Shown piece after piece: positions 27,601 to 36,331 of a stretch of DNA of 64,000 bases. Position numbers and translations under genes: made by a program. The stretch's first letter is position 1. Each line of letters opens with the position of its first letter. Source of the stretch: a virus. The notes beneath the pieces are model-generated. The model worked only from the letters and a program-made list of their open reading frames with translations, searched no databases and was not told the DNA's origin. The DNA lies in IMG/VR virus record IMGVR_UViG_3300045988_161245, positions 96,001-160,000 of that record. One strand, 5' to 3'.

Positions 27601-29755
27601 TACGAAGAAACGTGCCGAAGAGTATAATTCTGCAGTTAAAAATAAAAAGAAAGCAGATTCTAAAAAGAAAACGGCTCAGACTAAATTTAACACTGCAAAT
27701 AAGAATTCTTCATCTCTTAAGACAGATGCAGAAACAGCAATCGCCGGATATCAGGAAGGAAACGAACTTTCCTATATGGATTCCTTAACTGATCAGAATG
27801 TGACACAGACAAAGCAAGCTGCAGATATTAACAACAAGGCTTGGGAGGAAACTAAGAAAAATCTTAACGCACAGGAGAAAGCCAAGAAACAAGCAGACGA
27901 TAAGGTTAGTAAAAAAGCTAAAGCTATTAAGAAAAAGTTTGGTAGTAAACTGAGTGATAATCAGAAAAAGAAATTAGCAGCAGGTAAAGAAATAAATGTC
28001 GATAAGATAAAAGACAAGTCTCTTAAAAAGGCTCTTACAGCATATAATAAATATGTTACTACTGCAGCCGAAACAGAACAGAAATTAAATATTGTCACAG
28101 ATGCAGAATCAACAGCGGCAGCTAATGCAGCGGAATCACAGACAGAAGCAGCTAAAGCCACAGTCGAAGCTATTCAAAGTAAATTTGATAATGCGAAGAC
28201 GTATTATGAAGGATTGTTAGGATATCAGGAAAAGTATAATGAAATGGAAGAAGCAAACATTGATTTATACAATGCTCATGGAAATTATGAGCGTTCTTCT
28301 GATTATGAGATTAAGATCTCAAATACTGAAAGTCTGAGAAATATTGCACAGGATAAAGTTGATGAGCTTGAGAAAAGATTTCAAGAAGGTGTTGATAATG
28401 GCACAATTGTAGAAGGATCTCAGGAATGGATTAATATGAAATCCGAGATTGTAGAAGCAAAAAAAGCTGTAACCGATTACGACACAAGTATTGAAAATCT
28501 GAAACAGCAACAAATTGGTGTTTATTATGAAGAACAGTTTGATCGTGCAATAGAGAAAATTGATCAGTTCAAGGACCGTATTGATATACTAAATGAAATC
28601 ATCTCTGATGATATGAAAGTTGATAAGAATACTGGACTACTTACAGAATTGGGAGCTACTTCTGTAATGTTGAATAGAAATCAGTTTTCTGCAAATCAGA
28701 AAGAAATACAAAAGCTTCTTGAAAAAGAAAATGATGTGAAAAAACGATACGCTAATGGCGAAGATATGTCTTCTGAATTTGGCGAAAAGACTTATGATGA
28801 ATATATAAAAGACATTCAGTCTAAATATAATTCTTTAATTTCATCAAATAGTTCTCTTCAAAATGATATGCTCTCTCTTGTCAAAAATCAGGCTCAAGCA
28901 GAACTTGATGCTCTTAATAAAGTAATATCTAAGCGTAAGGAAGCCCTTTCCGCAAAGAAAGACTATTACGATTACGATAAAACTTTAAAGGATAAGACTA
29001 AAGACATTCAGATCCTTGAACGTCAAGCGGCAGCTCTCCAGGGTTCAACAAACGCTGAAGATAAAGCACGTTTGGCAAAGATCCAGGAACAATTATCAGA
29101 TGCAAGAGAAGATCTTTCTGATACTATGACAGACCATGCTTTCAGTATGCAAAGTGATGCGCTTGATAAATTATCCTCAGATATGAGTGATGATTTTGAC
29201 AAATGGTCTAACGACATAAGCTCTAACGTAGAGAAAATGAGTAAAGCTATTAATGAAGCAGTTTCAAATTCTGCTCTTAGTAATGCGCAGGTTCTCAATA
29301 ATCTTTCTACTATTCTGAAAAATGTTGGATTAACAGATGAGCAGGTTAACTCTACATTATCAGGACTTACCGGTTATGCTTCCGGAACTGACTATGTTCC
29401 AAAATCTGGTATGTACAGAGTTAACGAAAATGGAATGGAATCTGTACTGTCAAGAAAATACGGTACTCTCACATTCTTAAATCAGGGCGATAAAGTATTT
29501 ACAGCAGACTTCACCAAGAGACTTATTGATAATGCAGGTATTGCCACACAGAGTAGTCAACCACAATTTGGCGAGATGTATAAGGAACTTATGAATGCGA
29601 TTACCAACACAAACAATCAGTCTTATGAACATAGTACAGTTTACAATATTGTTGTAAATGAAGCTACTGATGCAAACGCAGTAGGTGATATTGTCGTTAA
29701 GAAGATCGATGCATACGAAAAGAAGCGTGTAAGAGATTTTAAGAGTCTCAGATAA
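21611..29755 (+). CDS. tape measure protein, exon 3
   Basis: The frame is open from 21575, but there is no SD or ATG near that point. The product is a 2714-aa coiled coil with a hydrophobic segment (GGVAKSFVATLGSMAVAAAAAWAIG). It carries the TMP C-terminal-type motif twice. Confidence 0.7.
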   Translation, partial: VFNYDKATGKVGSNKNNLENALTEVKDFFLKKQDIEKPYTLSKDEYSFFERMKKELSDSQLNGSAEDSKDAMLQLAEEITGADSSLVKYIQDTDVASVSQVGFAQSQKTVIQGTTKFSAVMKTAGGVAKSFVATLGSMAVAAAAAWAIGKVIEGIDYLYHYDENIIKAGQEAKDSIDSTFKSFEEGKQSIMDLGSSFGNQTEQIKNTGDAIDQVAEKYVELRKGVNQNTNENVSLSTDEYQQYIDLSSKLASQFPGLVAGYDSQGNAVLNLASNADKAADSIRNLYEAQVSSANVDMGKNLQATYDGVVTQTSQYAEDIQKKRDELEQLDTDISENKRSILTYGSNNFEVQGLYGDKENVITDVLKENGLYKENTGDDGSIWNFYAEGLADKSKKEIDRMNEQITAGLESYNLSLETQRSQLQSEINSYDLMIEDQWRSMAQSLGNYLQTSKSFNELDDSLQSAFLANISNLDLTALNDPDGKYQGQVLDFLYGEFIGPMSRFSADVQESLADALQIDPSKLTIDEYKSQVDEAFNKAFPKEEDADKRDRFKNAYGIDSSIEDMEDNASRLKEAYADFPNASDFIDHMQTGDLSIAAQLIDNGSVDIEKGTDGLVSAIERYKKTVAEAKSDTTLASVLGDSDNEISSSIDSLQSDISSLSDTLTKLKTGEFKDSDLTDLIQQFPQLADQTDNLQEAISNLQADKLKSTLKKIDDSMDGASDEELANAQKLKDSLIKSVDLSDINSDKITESIKSAFEGDGGSRYIAAEHGAKAAEEYNQAFSKELKNSAGREAFYKATLNQDAVKQGPDAIRELYNQYLKTAKDIIQDTDIQSQLTNYQDKYQSLYQAQKDLKNGLMTGSTKKTFLDKFPDLAKYAGNTETLSSAIDDLMDSMDSDVTNQFTDAIKALQDAGQYADASALQSYVEAVLDGAHDIEGAYQKIAGLKIPTPKYAELKEALESSNEGDLYNELLSQYKTAKEAWEKGEVGTDDFKSFASIISPTGVSDAVNFGENQAMFERYFQDTSTGVENFLEDLQKLDLASNESGHWTSTLGNNLDEMRDAAQRLNMGFEPFMMMFGRLEDYGATTDFFTTEEDGQQHLSDLYQQIAEKKQKLAEIKADPDLAGDQSAIDSLNKDLDELYARVENTKTGIEELPDKATYYEAKNLEQAKSVITQMQDEINQAAAEGNDELVKILEKTRDQYLKENGYILKEQPQGPTQQGTIENPLAREFTNPTKFGDYETVIKKIQNATDEQTSSLEKNLKVLSQYSESQLSGINLSDGQYDTGFEDAEQALDNLSSTFGLTKDQAVQLAAVLSDMGLIKATPKVDLTTVQDQIDNAKDELQDSNITVDLDFDISTSSKEELQKKSQEIQNELNNNASLSDSQRTSLQGVKDSVDNQVVTLTVQEKVEKDGDVDELLAMDDQTLATTLDLDVNNADQLSTARDELQYIKDNQDAQIDMTVKLDETQFNQLLGDGENASIDVTANNEEAKEKIDEAKNYAESQKPQMKIDGNNDPAINKGTSATQMINNMTGIIKVNADTSGMASAINSELSKPHTINISANVSTHVSGGTGKSTGTMISVAHADGTAYNVINYTPAHASGNVTLSHDETALVNEEGIGAESIVRDGKWMIIPGGAHFENLKKGDLIFNKKQTSELINSGHVTSGGGHARAYANGTVGAYAGGNSGVYLNWDKNRTQVGNQSTSSPSNSTITDKNTTSVKKNTDTVNDNTEKIKKSTKVYDWVETRIKHWSDQVQKIADKITDYIKKSLKTSLLKQQIRKMNYEIGSNEKGAKAYMKKANSIANEYTYYNSDGEEIKTNVPKKYQKLVQTGAYRIEDMDTSTDQGKALAEAIDQYKTYYDKAQDCKQAVVDLKKEQLELFEQWANMPTEKAEQKLERLQNGFNGLNATQSRLSAVQTGGSTQKAIADAATASYESAQVVTEKAQSNLDTATAKADKATTAVNRKKKALLKSKGLTNEQKKAIKSGKTIDTSKITNKTTKKRAEEYNSAVKNKKKADSKKKTAQTKFNTANKNSSSLKTDAETAIAGYQEGNELSYMDSLTDQNVTQTKQAADINNKAWEETKKNLNAQEKAKKQADDKVSKKAKAIKKKFGSKLSDNQKKKLAAGKEINVDKIKDKSLKKALTAYNKYVTTAAETEQKLNIVTDAESTAAANAAESQTEAAKATVEAIQSKFDNAKTYYEGLLGYQEKYNEMEEANIDLYNAHGNYERSSDYEIKISNTESLRNIAQDKVDELEKRFQEGVDNGTIVEGSQEWINMKSEIVEAKKAVTDYDTSIENLKQQQIGVYYEEQFDRAIEKIDQFKDRIDILNEIISDDMKVDKNTGLLTELGATSVMLNRNQFSANQKEIQKLLEKENDVKKRYANGEDMSSEFGEKTYDEYIKDIQSKYNSLISSNSSLQNDMLSLVKNQAQAELDALNKVISKRKEALSAKKDYYDYDKTLKDKTKDIQILERQAAALQGSTNAEDKARLAKIQEQLSDAREDLSDTMTDHAFSMQSDALDKLSSDMSDDFDKWSNDISSNVEKMSKAINEAVSNSALSNAQVLNNLSTILKNVGLTDEQVNSTLSGLTGYASGTDYVPKSGMYRVNENGMESVLSRKYGTLTFLNQGDKVFTADFTKRLIDNAGIATQSSQPQFGEMYKELMNAITNTNNQSYEHSTVYNIVVNEATDANAVGDIVVKKIDAYEKKRVRDFKSLR

Positions 29756-29765
29756 ACACAGGATG

Positions 29766-29796
29766 GCGTAGTGTCACAGCTACGCTCTCTTTTATT
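29766..29796 (+). terminator. weak terminator after the TMP gene
   Basis: Stem gcgtag/ctacgc followed by tctctttta. Confidence 0.35.
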
Positions 29797-29818
29797 AATT
29801 TTGAACAGAGGTGCAATT

Positions 29819-30037
29819 ATGTATGTAAAATTTTTTGATTGTGAATTATTTATTGATTCACATGAAATAAAAATAAAAAATAAAAGAGGAAGTTCCGGAC
29901 AATCTTATGGCGAACATTTTATTCCACCAAATAATGTAAAGGATCTCGTTGAGGAATTTCTAGTTCCAACTGTGTATCAACATAAGTGTATTGAAGAACT
30001 TATGAAAAGAAAACCAGATCCTAACATTAAGTGGTAG
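29819..30037 (+). CDS. small partner protein, copy 2
   Basis: SD agaggtg. Paralog of 18425..18616. Its 3' end overlaps the convergent hydrolase gene by 11 nt. Confidence 0.5.
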   Translation: MYVKFFDCELFIDSHEIKIKNKRGSSGQSYGEHFIPPNNVKDLVEEFLVPTVYQHKCIEELMKRKPDPNIKW

Positions 30038-30587
30038 GCGATATATTTTCATTAGCAGTAACCGTACCATTAATTGATGAATCTGTTCTAGCTCTTTCTT
30101 CAATCATTTTTGCAATTTTAAATTTGATTGCTTTAATATCATCATTTTCTTTATCAAAATTTAATACACAATCCAAATCTCCTATAGAGACAGTTCTTTC
30201 TTTAAAATAGTCATAGTTGCCAATAGCTGTTTCACTAGCTCCAATAACATACAAATGTGGATTATTATTACTATCATAACCGGCAGCTAAAAAATGTAAA
30301 TCACCTTTTTCATTTTTATAATTTTCTTTTTCGTATTTTAAAGCTTCTTTATAGATGCTATCAACATCCCATTTACTGTAGTCAAGATGAACTAAATTTA
30401 TATGTATTCTTAAAGGTGTTATTTTTGTATCGTGACCAGCAAAAGCAACAATTAAAGAATTGTTAAATTTAAAGACTTTTCTTGTATCTTCTGTAAGAAC
30501 TTCATTAGTTATTGGATTTACAGATCTTCCTTCTCCGTACACAATAATATCATTATCTTTTGAGATTGCAGCAATTACTAGACTCAT
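30027..30587 (-). CDS. HslV/proteasome-beta-like Ntn hydrolase, Ser1 type, copy 2
   Basis: The first 16 aa (MSLVIAAISKDNDIIV) are identical to copy 1. This is followed by YGEGR..RKVFKFNNSLIVAFAGHD..SIGD. SD gggagag lies before ATG 30587. Confidence 0.65.
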   Translation of the reverse strand: MSLVIAAISKDNDIIVYGEGRSVNPITNEVLTEDTRKVFKFNNSLIVAFAGHDTKITPLRIHINLVHLDYSKWDVDSIYKEALKYEKENYKNEKGDLHFLAAGYDSNNNPHLYVIGASETAIGNYDYFKERTVSIGDLDCVLNFDKENDDIKAIKFKIAKMIEERARTDSSINGTVTANENISPTT

Positions 30588-30627
30588 CTTCTCTCCCATC
30601 CTTCAAACAAATCTATATATAAAATCC

Positions 30628-30656
30628 ATTATGATTCAAGTAATAATTTTTGTCAA
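30628..30656 (-). promoter_or_regulatory. sigma-70-like promoter for 30027..30587
   Basis: TTGACA-N17-CATAAT on the minus strand. Confidence 0.5.
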
Positions 30657-30687
30657 TAATAGTCTGAATAGAAAGTAGGTGATTAAT

Positions 30688-31635
30688 ATGGCTATATTTG
30701 GCTCTTCTTTTACATATAACGGAAAATCTTCCGATGATTTTGGAGTTATTATTTGTGCCTCTGAACAGCCAGAATCAATTCCAATGGGATTAACAAGAGA
30801 AATTTTAAAAGGTGAAATTACAAGCAGACGACCTGTATCAAATTGGTATAATACAAAATATTCAGATGTACTTACATTTGAAGTAACAATTACCAAACCT
30901 GAAAATCGTGCTTTTTCAAGAGAAGAAGTTAGAGATATAAACGCCTGGTTAACAGGACCACGTACACCTACTCTTCTATTTTTTGAAGATGAAGCTTTTG
31001 ACCCTATTAATTATTATGGAGTTTTTACAGATGTAACTAACGTATATGGCAGTGGTGTTTTAATGCTTACATATACATTTACTGCAGATTCCCCATATGG
31101 ATGGAGTAACGAACGTGAGTTTGCTTACAACAACTTAGAGAATTGTTTACTTACAGTAAATGATAAAAATGTATCTGTAAACAATAAAAATGTTGAGGTG
31201 ACAATTCAAAACGCAGAATTATTTGAAGTGAACAATGATACAGATGAGATTGGTGATTTTACATATCCGTTAATAGCAATTTATTCTTATGCAGGTACGC
31301 AAATTACAATTGATAATTATTCCGAAATTTCTACTGATGATTTATTAAGTCATAGTCTTACTCTTACAATTCCAAATGCAATTGATTACACAAATCCACT
31401 TTATATAGATTCAAAAAATCATAAAATTTATTATTACAGTAATACAAAGAAAAAGAATATTCCGGTTCAATTATCCGATCTTGGGGTTACATCTGACAAC
31501 CTTACAAATTTAGATAATGGTAGTTTGGGATTATATTGGGTTAGGTTAGTTCCTGGTGTAAACAAATTTAAAATAACAGGTGGATGCAGTATTAAAATGA
31601 CATTCAGATGCCCAAGAAAGGTAGGTGCCTATTAA
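30688..31635 (+). CDS. distal tail protein (Dit)-like
   Basis: Lies directly after the TMP region. The N-terminus FTYNGKSSDDFGVII..ILKGEITSRRP is typical of siphovirus tail-family proteins. Confidence 0.6.
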   Translation: MAIFGSSFTYNGKSSDDFGVIICASEQPESIPMGLTREILKGEITSRRPVSNWYNTKYSDVLTFEVTITKPENRAFSREEVRDINAWLTGPRTPTLLFFEDEAFDPINYYGVFTDVTNVYGSGVLMLTYTFTADSPYGWSNEREFAYNNLENCLLTVNDKNVSVNNKNVEVTIQNAELFEVNNDTDEIGDFTYPLIAIYSYAGTQITIDNYSEISTDDLLSHSLTLTIPNAIDYTNPLYIDSKNHKIYYYSNTKKKNIPVQLSDLGVTSDNLTNLDNGSLGLYWVRLVPGVNKFKITGGCSIKMTFRCPRKVGAY

Positions 31636-34600
31636 TGAATTTTAATTACGACTATTTTGGGCTTGCTGAACCGGCTCGTTTTTATTTATGCAAAACAGAT
31701 AATACAATAATCTGTGAATTAAATGGAATTGATCTTCAATCTGTCAGTTATACGAAACAGCTTAATAATTTTGATACTATCCAGTTTGATGTACATAGAT
31801 ATGTGAACTGCGAAGAATCTAATGGATATGACATGCTTGACGAGGCAATGTACATATTTGTTGATGGAATTGGATATTTTCGTATGTCCTATCCGGAAGT
31901 TTCAAATGATGGATTTGATGAATATAAATCAATATTTGCACAATCATGCGAATGCGAACTTGCATTAAAAACCCTAAAAAACTTTAAGATTAATACAGGT
32001 GAAACAGATAGCTATGAATATTTAGCACCTGGAAATGTAGAAGAAACAGATGAAGGTGTTAAGATTGCGAAGAAGAGCATTACCTTGTATGATAAAAATA
32101 ATCCTAATTTATCATTACTTGATATAGCTCTTAGTAAAGTATCTGGATGGAAAATCGGAATAGTAGATCAGACTGTTGCGATTACAACAATCGAAGAGCC
32201 TACAGTTAATGAAGATGGATCGGTTACTACAAAAACAGTAACTTCTGCATCAAAAAGAACATTTGATATAGACAGTAAAAGTGTATATGCTTTTTTGACT
32301 CAAGATGTATCGAAGAAATTTGAGTGTATATTTGAGTTTGATATTATAAAAAGAGAAATCAATGTTCGTGATGTAGATACTTATGGGAAAGATTCTAATG
32401 TATTCATATCTTATAGAAATCTAATTCAAGAATTGAACTACTCTCCTGCGCAAGAAAATAATATCCTTACAAGGTTTGATGTTCGTGGAGCTGATGATCT
32501 TACAATTGATGCAGTAAATTTTGGAACATCTACTATTGAAGATTTATCTTATTATCTTAATACAAAACACCATGTAAGTGACGATTTAGTTGACCATTAT
32601 AATAAATGGCTAAAAGCAATTGAGGAAGCACGTAAGAAATATATGTACTACAATCGTCAGTACAATATATTGATGGAAAAACGTGATGAAGTAAATAACC
32701 GTGTTCCAAATGATGGGTTAAATAATAATTGGAAGCAGTTTACTGTTGAGGAATTGGAAACTATCAAGAAAAAATACACTGGTTACATGAGTGCTTTAAA
32801 AGATAAGGATCTTGGATATTGGGACGCAACAAATAAAAAGTGGCTTAATAAAGGTGCCGAGCAGGATTATATTGCTTATCAAGGTATTCTTGAAATTATT
32901 GACCAGACAATTAAATATAAGCAAGCAAGTGTTACGGAAACAGAGAAAGAAGAAAATAACCTTGATGATTTATTAGAGGAATGGAATACAAACTGGGATT
33001 TATTTGGACTTGCAGAGTTAAAAACAAAAGAGAAAACTTATAAGCAAAACATTGAGGCTCTTGCTGCTTATGCAAAGGCATGGGAAGATCTCGGTGAAGA
33101 TGAACAAGGTCATCTTACTAAGGCGAACTATGATATATCTCACAACCAATATGTAAAATATGTTGGCTATGAAAGCGGTTGTTCTAAAGCAATTGACGAA
33201 CGCCAGAAAGAATATGATGGATATCAATCTCAAATGACTGCTATATCAAAAAATATGGCAGATGTTGCAAAAGTCAATGATAAGAAGTCATATGGGTTTT
33301 CTGATGCTGAACTAAATACACTTAATAAGCTTTACAATGATACCGATTACACGAATGACAATATTTTAACCACATCTATTGATACAGCAGAAAAAATAAT
33401 CAATACTCAGTATGATTTATTTAATGATGCAACCACAGAGTTATCTAAAGTATGTCGTCCACAATTATCTTTTACTCTTACCATGGATAATATATTTGCT
33501 ATTCCTGGGTTTAAAGAATGGCAAGGAAATTTTGATATTGGGAATTTCATTCACCTTTCTTTTGATGAAAATGAACAGTATTTCTTAAAACTTCGTATCT
33601 CATCTCTTACTTTTAATCCATGTATTATCGAAAACGATTTCCAGATTGAGTTTACAGATATGATTGATTATAACGGTGGACGAAATGACTTTGCAGCTCT
33701 TTTAGATGAAAGTGTGAGCACAGCAAAAAATCAGATTACAGGAAGTGTAAAAAGTAAACTTGATACTTCTGGAATCGAAGTGTCTGACTCATTGATTAAA
33801 GCATTGGTGAAATCTAGTGTTTTTACCGGTGCTGTTTCAAATGGAGTCTTTGATACTGTTAGTGCAAATGTCGGATCATTTGGACAGGTTTTAGCACAAA
33901 CCATTAATGCTAAAGAGCTAATGGCAAACAGTGGTCTTTTTGAAACAATAGATGCCGGTGACGGTAATATTCGAAGCGTTCTTGCAGTAGAAGTAAATGC
34001 AAGTCGGATAAGCGTTGGTACTCTGGCTGTTGACAGACTTATTTTACGTGGTGAAAATTCTGTCATGTATGAACTCAATAAGTTTGGGGATATTACAGAA
34101 ACCAAAATACCAGATGGAGAATTAGATAAATATTATCTTAATGGGAAGCATTTACAGGTTAATACTCTTGCTGCAGATAGAATTATTTCTCACACAATAA
34201 ATTCAGAACAAATTACAACTGATAATATTCGTGGAGCAAGTGGATGGATTAATCTTGCCAATGGCACTTTCTTATTCTTTAATGGGATAACTAAAGGCAC
34301 GAGTAATCAAACAGATACGGATATGGCTGCCATTAATGCAGAAGAATGGTTAACTACCTCTTCCGGGATTTCATGGGATGGTAAGAAATTAGCTATAAAA
34401 GGTGATGTTGTTGCAACAAGTCTTACCCTTGGAAATAATGCTTCTGTTAGTGGTATATATACATCCAAAGAAGTTGATGATAAGTTATCCGATTATACGC
34501 CAACAAGTCAATTGGATTACAATAAATTAAACAATCTTCCAGATATGACAAAATATCTAACCGAAGATGATGAAAATGAAAATGGAAGACTTTATTATTA

Positions 34601-36257
34601 TATAAAACAAGATGGTGGAATTGGTGACGTAAACTGTACTGATCCTGATGATCCACTTAATCCTGCTGTTGGATATTTTAAGGTTGCAAAAGAAGGATTA
34701 TTAATTTGTAAAAATGCAATTATAGATGGAGTTGTATATGCTCGTGCAGGTAAATTCACCGGTGATATAGAGGCAAGATCATTGATACTTGGTTCCGGTG
34801 TAACAATTCCATATAAGAATCTTTCTGATTCCCCTGATCTTGGTATTTATATTAGCAAAGATGGTGAAATTGGAACTATATCGTCTGACTTAACTGCACC
34901 AGATGGTGCAAAAGGATATTTTAAAGTTAGTACAAATGGGCTGTTAATTGCAGACAATGCCTATATTTCAGGCACAATATATGCTCAAAATGGTACTTTT
35001 GCTGGTGAACTAAAGGCTGCTACAGGAAGTTTCACAGGAGAACTAAAGGCTGCAACAGGTACTTTTGCTGGAAAGCTTAGTGCTGCTACAGGAAGTTTCA
35101 CAGGAGAAATTACAGCAGATAAACTTATTGCAAATACAGCCGGAAATATTGCCGGTTGGACTATTACTTCTGATGCATTGTCTAAGAATCAAGGATACAA
35201 CACATCTGGAGGTGCATACTTTGGTATTTCTGGATTAAGCATATCAGACAAATTTGTTGTCTCTTCTGATGGAGTTTTAAATGCAACTGGTGCAACGATA
35301 TCAGGAGATATTACTGCATCCTCTGGTAAAATTGGTGGTTATAAAATTGAAAACGGACGATTATACAATCATATGTATGGTACCGCTGGAAGCAGTTCGC
35401 TGGGATACAGTTGTGGCTTTTCAGTTAATGGTGGAACTGATCACACATTATGGGCAGGAAATGAGAACTTCTATGTAAATATGGATGGATCTATGCATTG
35501 CTCTAATGCTGATATTACCGGAAGTATTACTGCCAGTGGAGATAATTCAAGTATTTCAACAATAAATGGAAATACACGAGTCACATTAAATAATGGACGT
35601 TTAGTTATTTCAAATGGAGATCCGAGTAATGCAAAGACATATAGAGCTTTAATTGGATTGGATAACGAAGGTAACAATGCATGGGTTTGTATGTATGGAA
35701 CTGATGGATATGTATCAGATCCACCTGTAATGCTGTCTTCTAGTGGTGTAAAAGGTTGGATAACTAATTCAGAATCTTCAAATTATCGTCCTGCCATTTG
35801 TACTTCAACAGCAAAAGAAAACAGTTACGTTTCTATTATTTGTACAAATGGAACTAATCAAGTTTTGATTAGAGGTCTATATAATACGGATTCATATAAA
35901 GATTACACTATAAAAGTAACAACATCGGATGCACGTTTAAAAAATAATATTGCTTCAACAAAAGTTACTAATGCATTGCAACAATTACTTAAAATAAATC
36001 ATCGTGAGTTTAATTGGAAAAGCTCTGGTGAATATACAGATATTGGTTATATTGCACAGGAACTTGAGACTATAAACCCAAGATTAGTTATGAAACCGGT
36101 AAGTAAGGATGGATATTATGAAATTGATACTTTTTATATGACAAGTCTTATTACAAAATCCATTCAGGAAATGTATGCTGAACTTAAGGAAGAAAATTAC
36201 AAATTGAAAAATGAGTTGGATTCTTTAAAAAAACTATACAAAGTAAATAATAATTAA
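31635..36257 (+). CDS. tail-associated protein (Tal)/fibre with C-terminal S74 intramolecular chaperone domain
   Basis: TAATG overlap with the Dit gene. The product is a long fibre with GSFTGELKAATG repeats. The C-terminus TSDARLKNNI..IGYIAQELETINP carries the S74 autoproteolysis motif. Confidence 0.65.
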   Translation: MNFNYDYFGLAEPARFYLCKTDNTIICELNGIDLQSVSYTKQLNNFDTIQFDVHRYVNCEESNGYDMLDEAMYIFVDGIGYFRMSYPEVSNDGFDEYKSIFAQSCECELALKTLKNFKINTGETDSYEYLAPGNVEETDEGVKIAKKSITLYDKNNPNLSLLDIALSKVSGWKIGIVDQTVAITTIEEPTVNEDGSVTTKTVTSASKRTFDIDSKSVYAFLTQDVSKKFECIFEFDIIKREINVRDVDTYGKDSNVFISYRNLIQELNYSPAQENNILTRFDVRGADDLTIDAVNFGTSTIEDLSYYLNTKHHVSDDLVDHYNKWLKAIEEARKKYMYYNRQYNILMEKRDEVNNRVPNDGLNNNWKQFTVEELETIKKKYTGYMSALKDKDLGYWDATNKKWLNKGAEQDYIAYQGILEIIDQTIKYKQASVTETEKEENNLDDLLEEWNTNWDLFGLAELKTKEKTYKQNIEALAAYAKAWEDLGEDEQGHLTKANYDISHNQYVKYVGYESGCSKAIDERQKEYDGYQSQMTAISKNMADVAKVNDKKSYGFSDAELNTLNKLYNDTDYTNDNILTTSIDTAEKIINTQYDLFNDATTELSKVCRPQLSFTLTMDNIFAIPGFKEWQGNFDIGNFIHLSFDENEQYFLKLRISSLTFNPCIIENDFQIEFTDMIDYNGGRNDFAALLDESVSTAKNQITGSVKSKLDTSGIEVSDSLIKALVKSSVFTGAVSNGVFDTVSANVGSFGQVLAQTINAKELMANSGLFETIDAGDGNIRSVLAVEVNASRISVGTLAVDRLILRGENSVMYELNKFGDITETKIPDGELDKYYLNGKHLQVNTLAADRIISHTINSEQITTDNIRGASGWINLANGTFLFFNGITKGTSNQTDTDMAAINAEEWLTTSSGISWDGKKLAIKGDVVATSLTLGNNASVSGIYTSKEVDDKLSDYTPTSQLDYNKLNNLPDMTKYLTEDDENENGRLYYYIKQDGGIGDVNCTDPDDPLNPAVGYFKVAKEGLLICKNAIIDGVVYARAGKFTGDIEARSLILGSGVTIPYKNLSDSPDLGIYISKDGEIGTISSDLTAPDGAKGYFKVSTNGLLIADNAYISGTIYAQNGTFAGELKAATGSFTGELKAATGTFAGKLSAATGSFTGEITADKLIANTAGNIAGWTITSDALSKNQGYNTSGGAYFGISGLSISDKFVVSSDGVLNATGATISGDITASSGKIGGYKIENGRLYNHMYGTAGSSSLGYSCGFSVNGGTDHTLWAGNENFYVNMDGSMHCSNADITGSITASGDNSSISTINGNTRVTLNNGRLVISNGDPSNAKTYRALIGLDNEGNNAWVCMYGTDGYVSDPPVMLSSSGVKGWITNSESSNYRPAICTSTAKENSYVSIICTNGTNQVLIRGLYNTDSYKDYTIKVTTSDARLKNNIASTKVTNALQQLLKINHREFNWKSSGEYTDIGYIAQELETINPRLVMKPVSKDGYYEIDTFYMTSLITKSIQEMYAELKEENYKLKNELDSLKKLYKVNNN

Positions 36258-36273
36258 TTGTATATTTTTATTA

Positions 36274-36302
36274 TTGCAATACCTTTATAAATATCATATG
36301 AT
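36274..36302 (+). promoter_or_regulatory. sigma-70-like promoter of the LRR moron
   Basis: TTGCAA-N17-TATGAT. Confidence 0.5.
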
Positions 36303-36331
36303 ATTGATAAAATATTTTATGGAGGTATTGT

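Noticed and set aside
13030-29755. Intein explanation for the interrupted TMP gene.
   Set aside because: The intervening segments are not in frame with the exons. They contain stops and opposite-strand genes.
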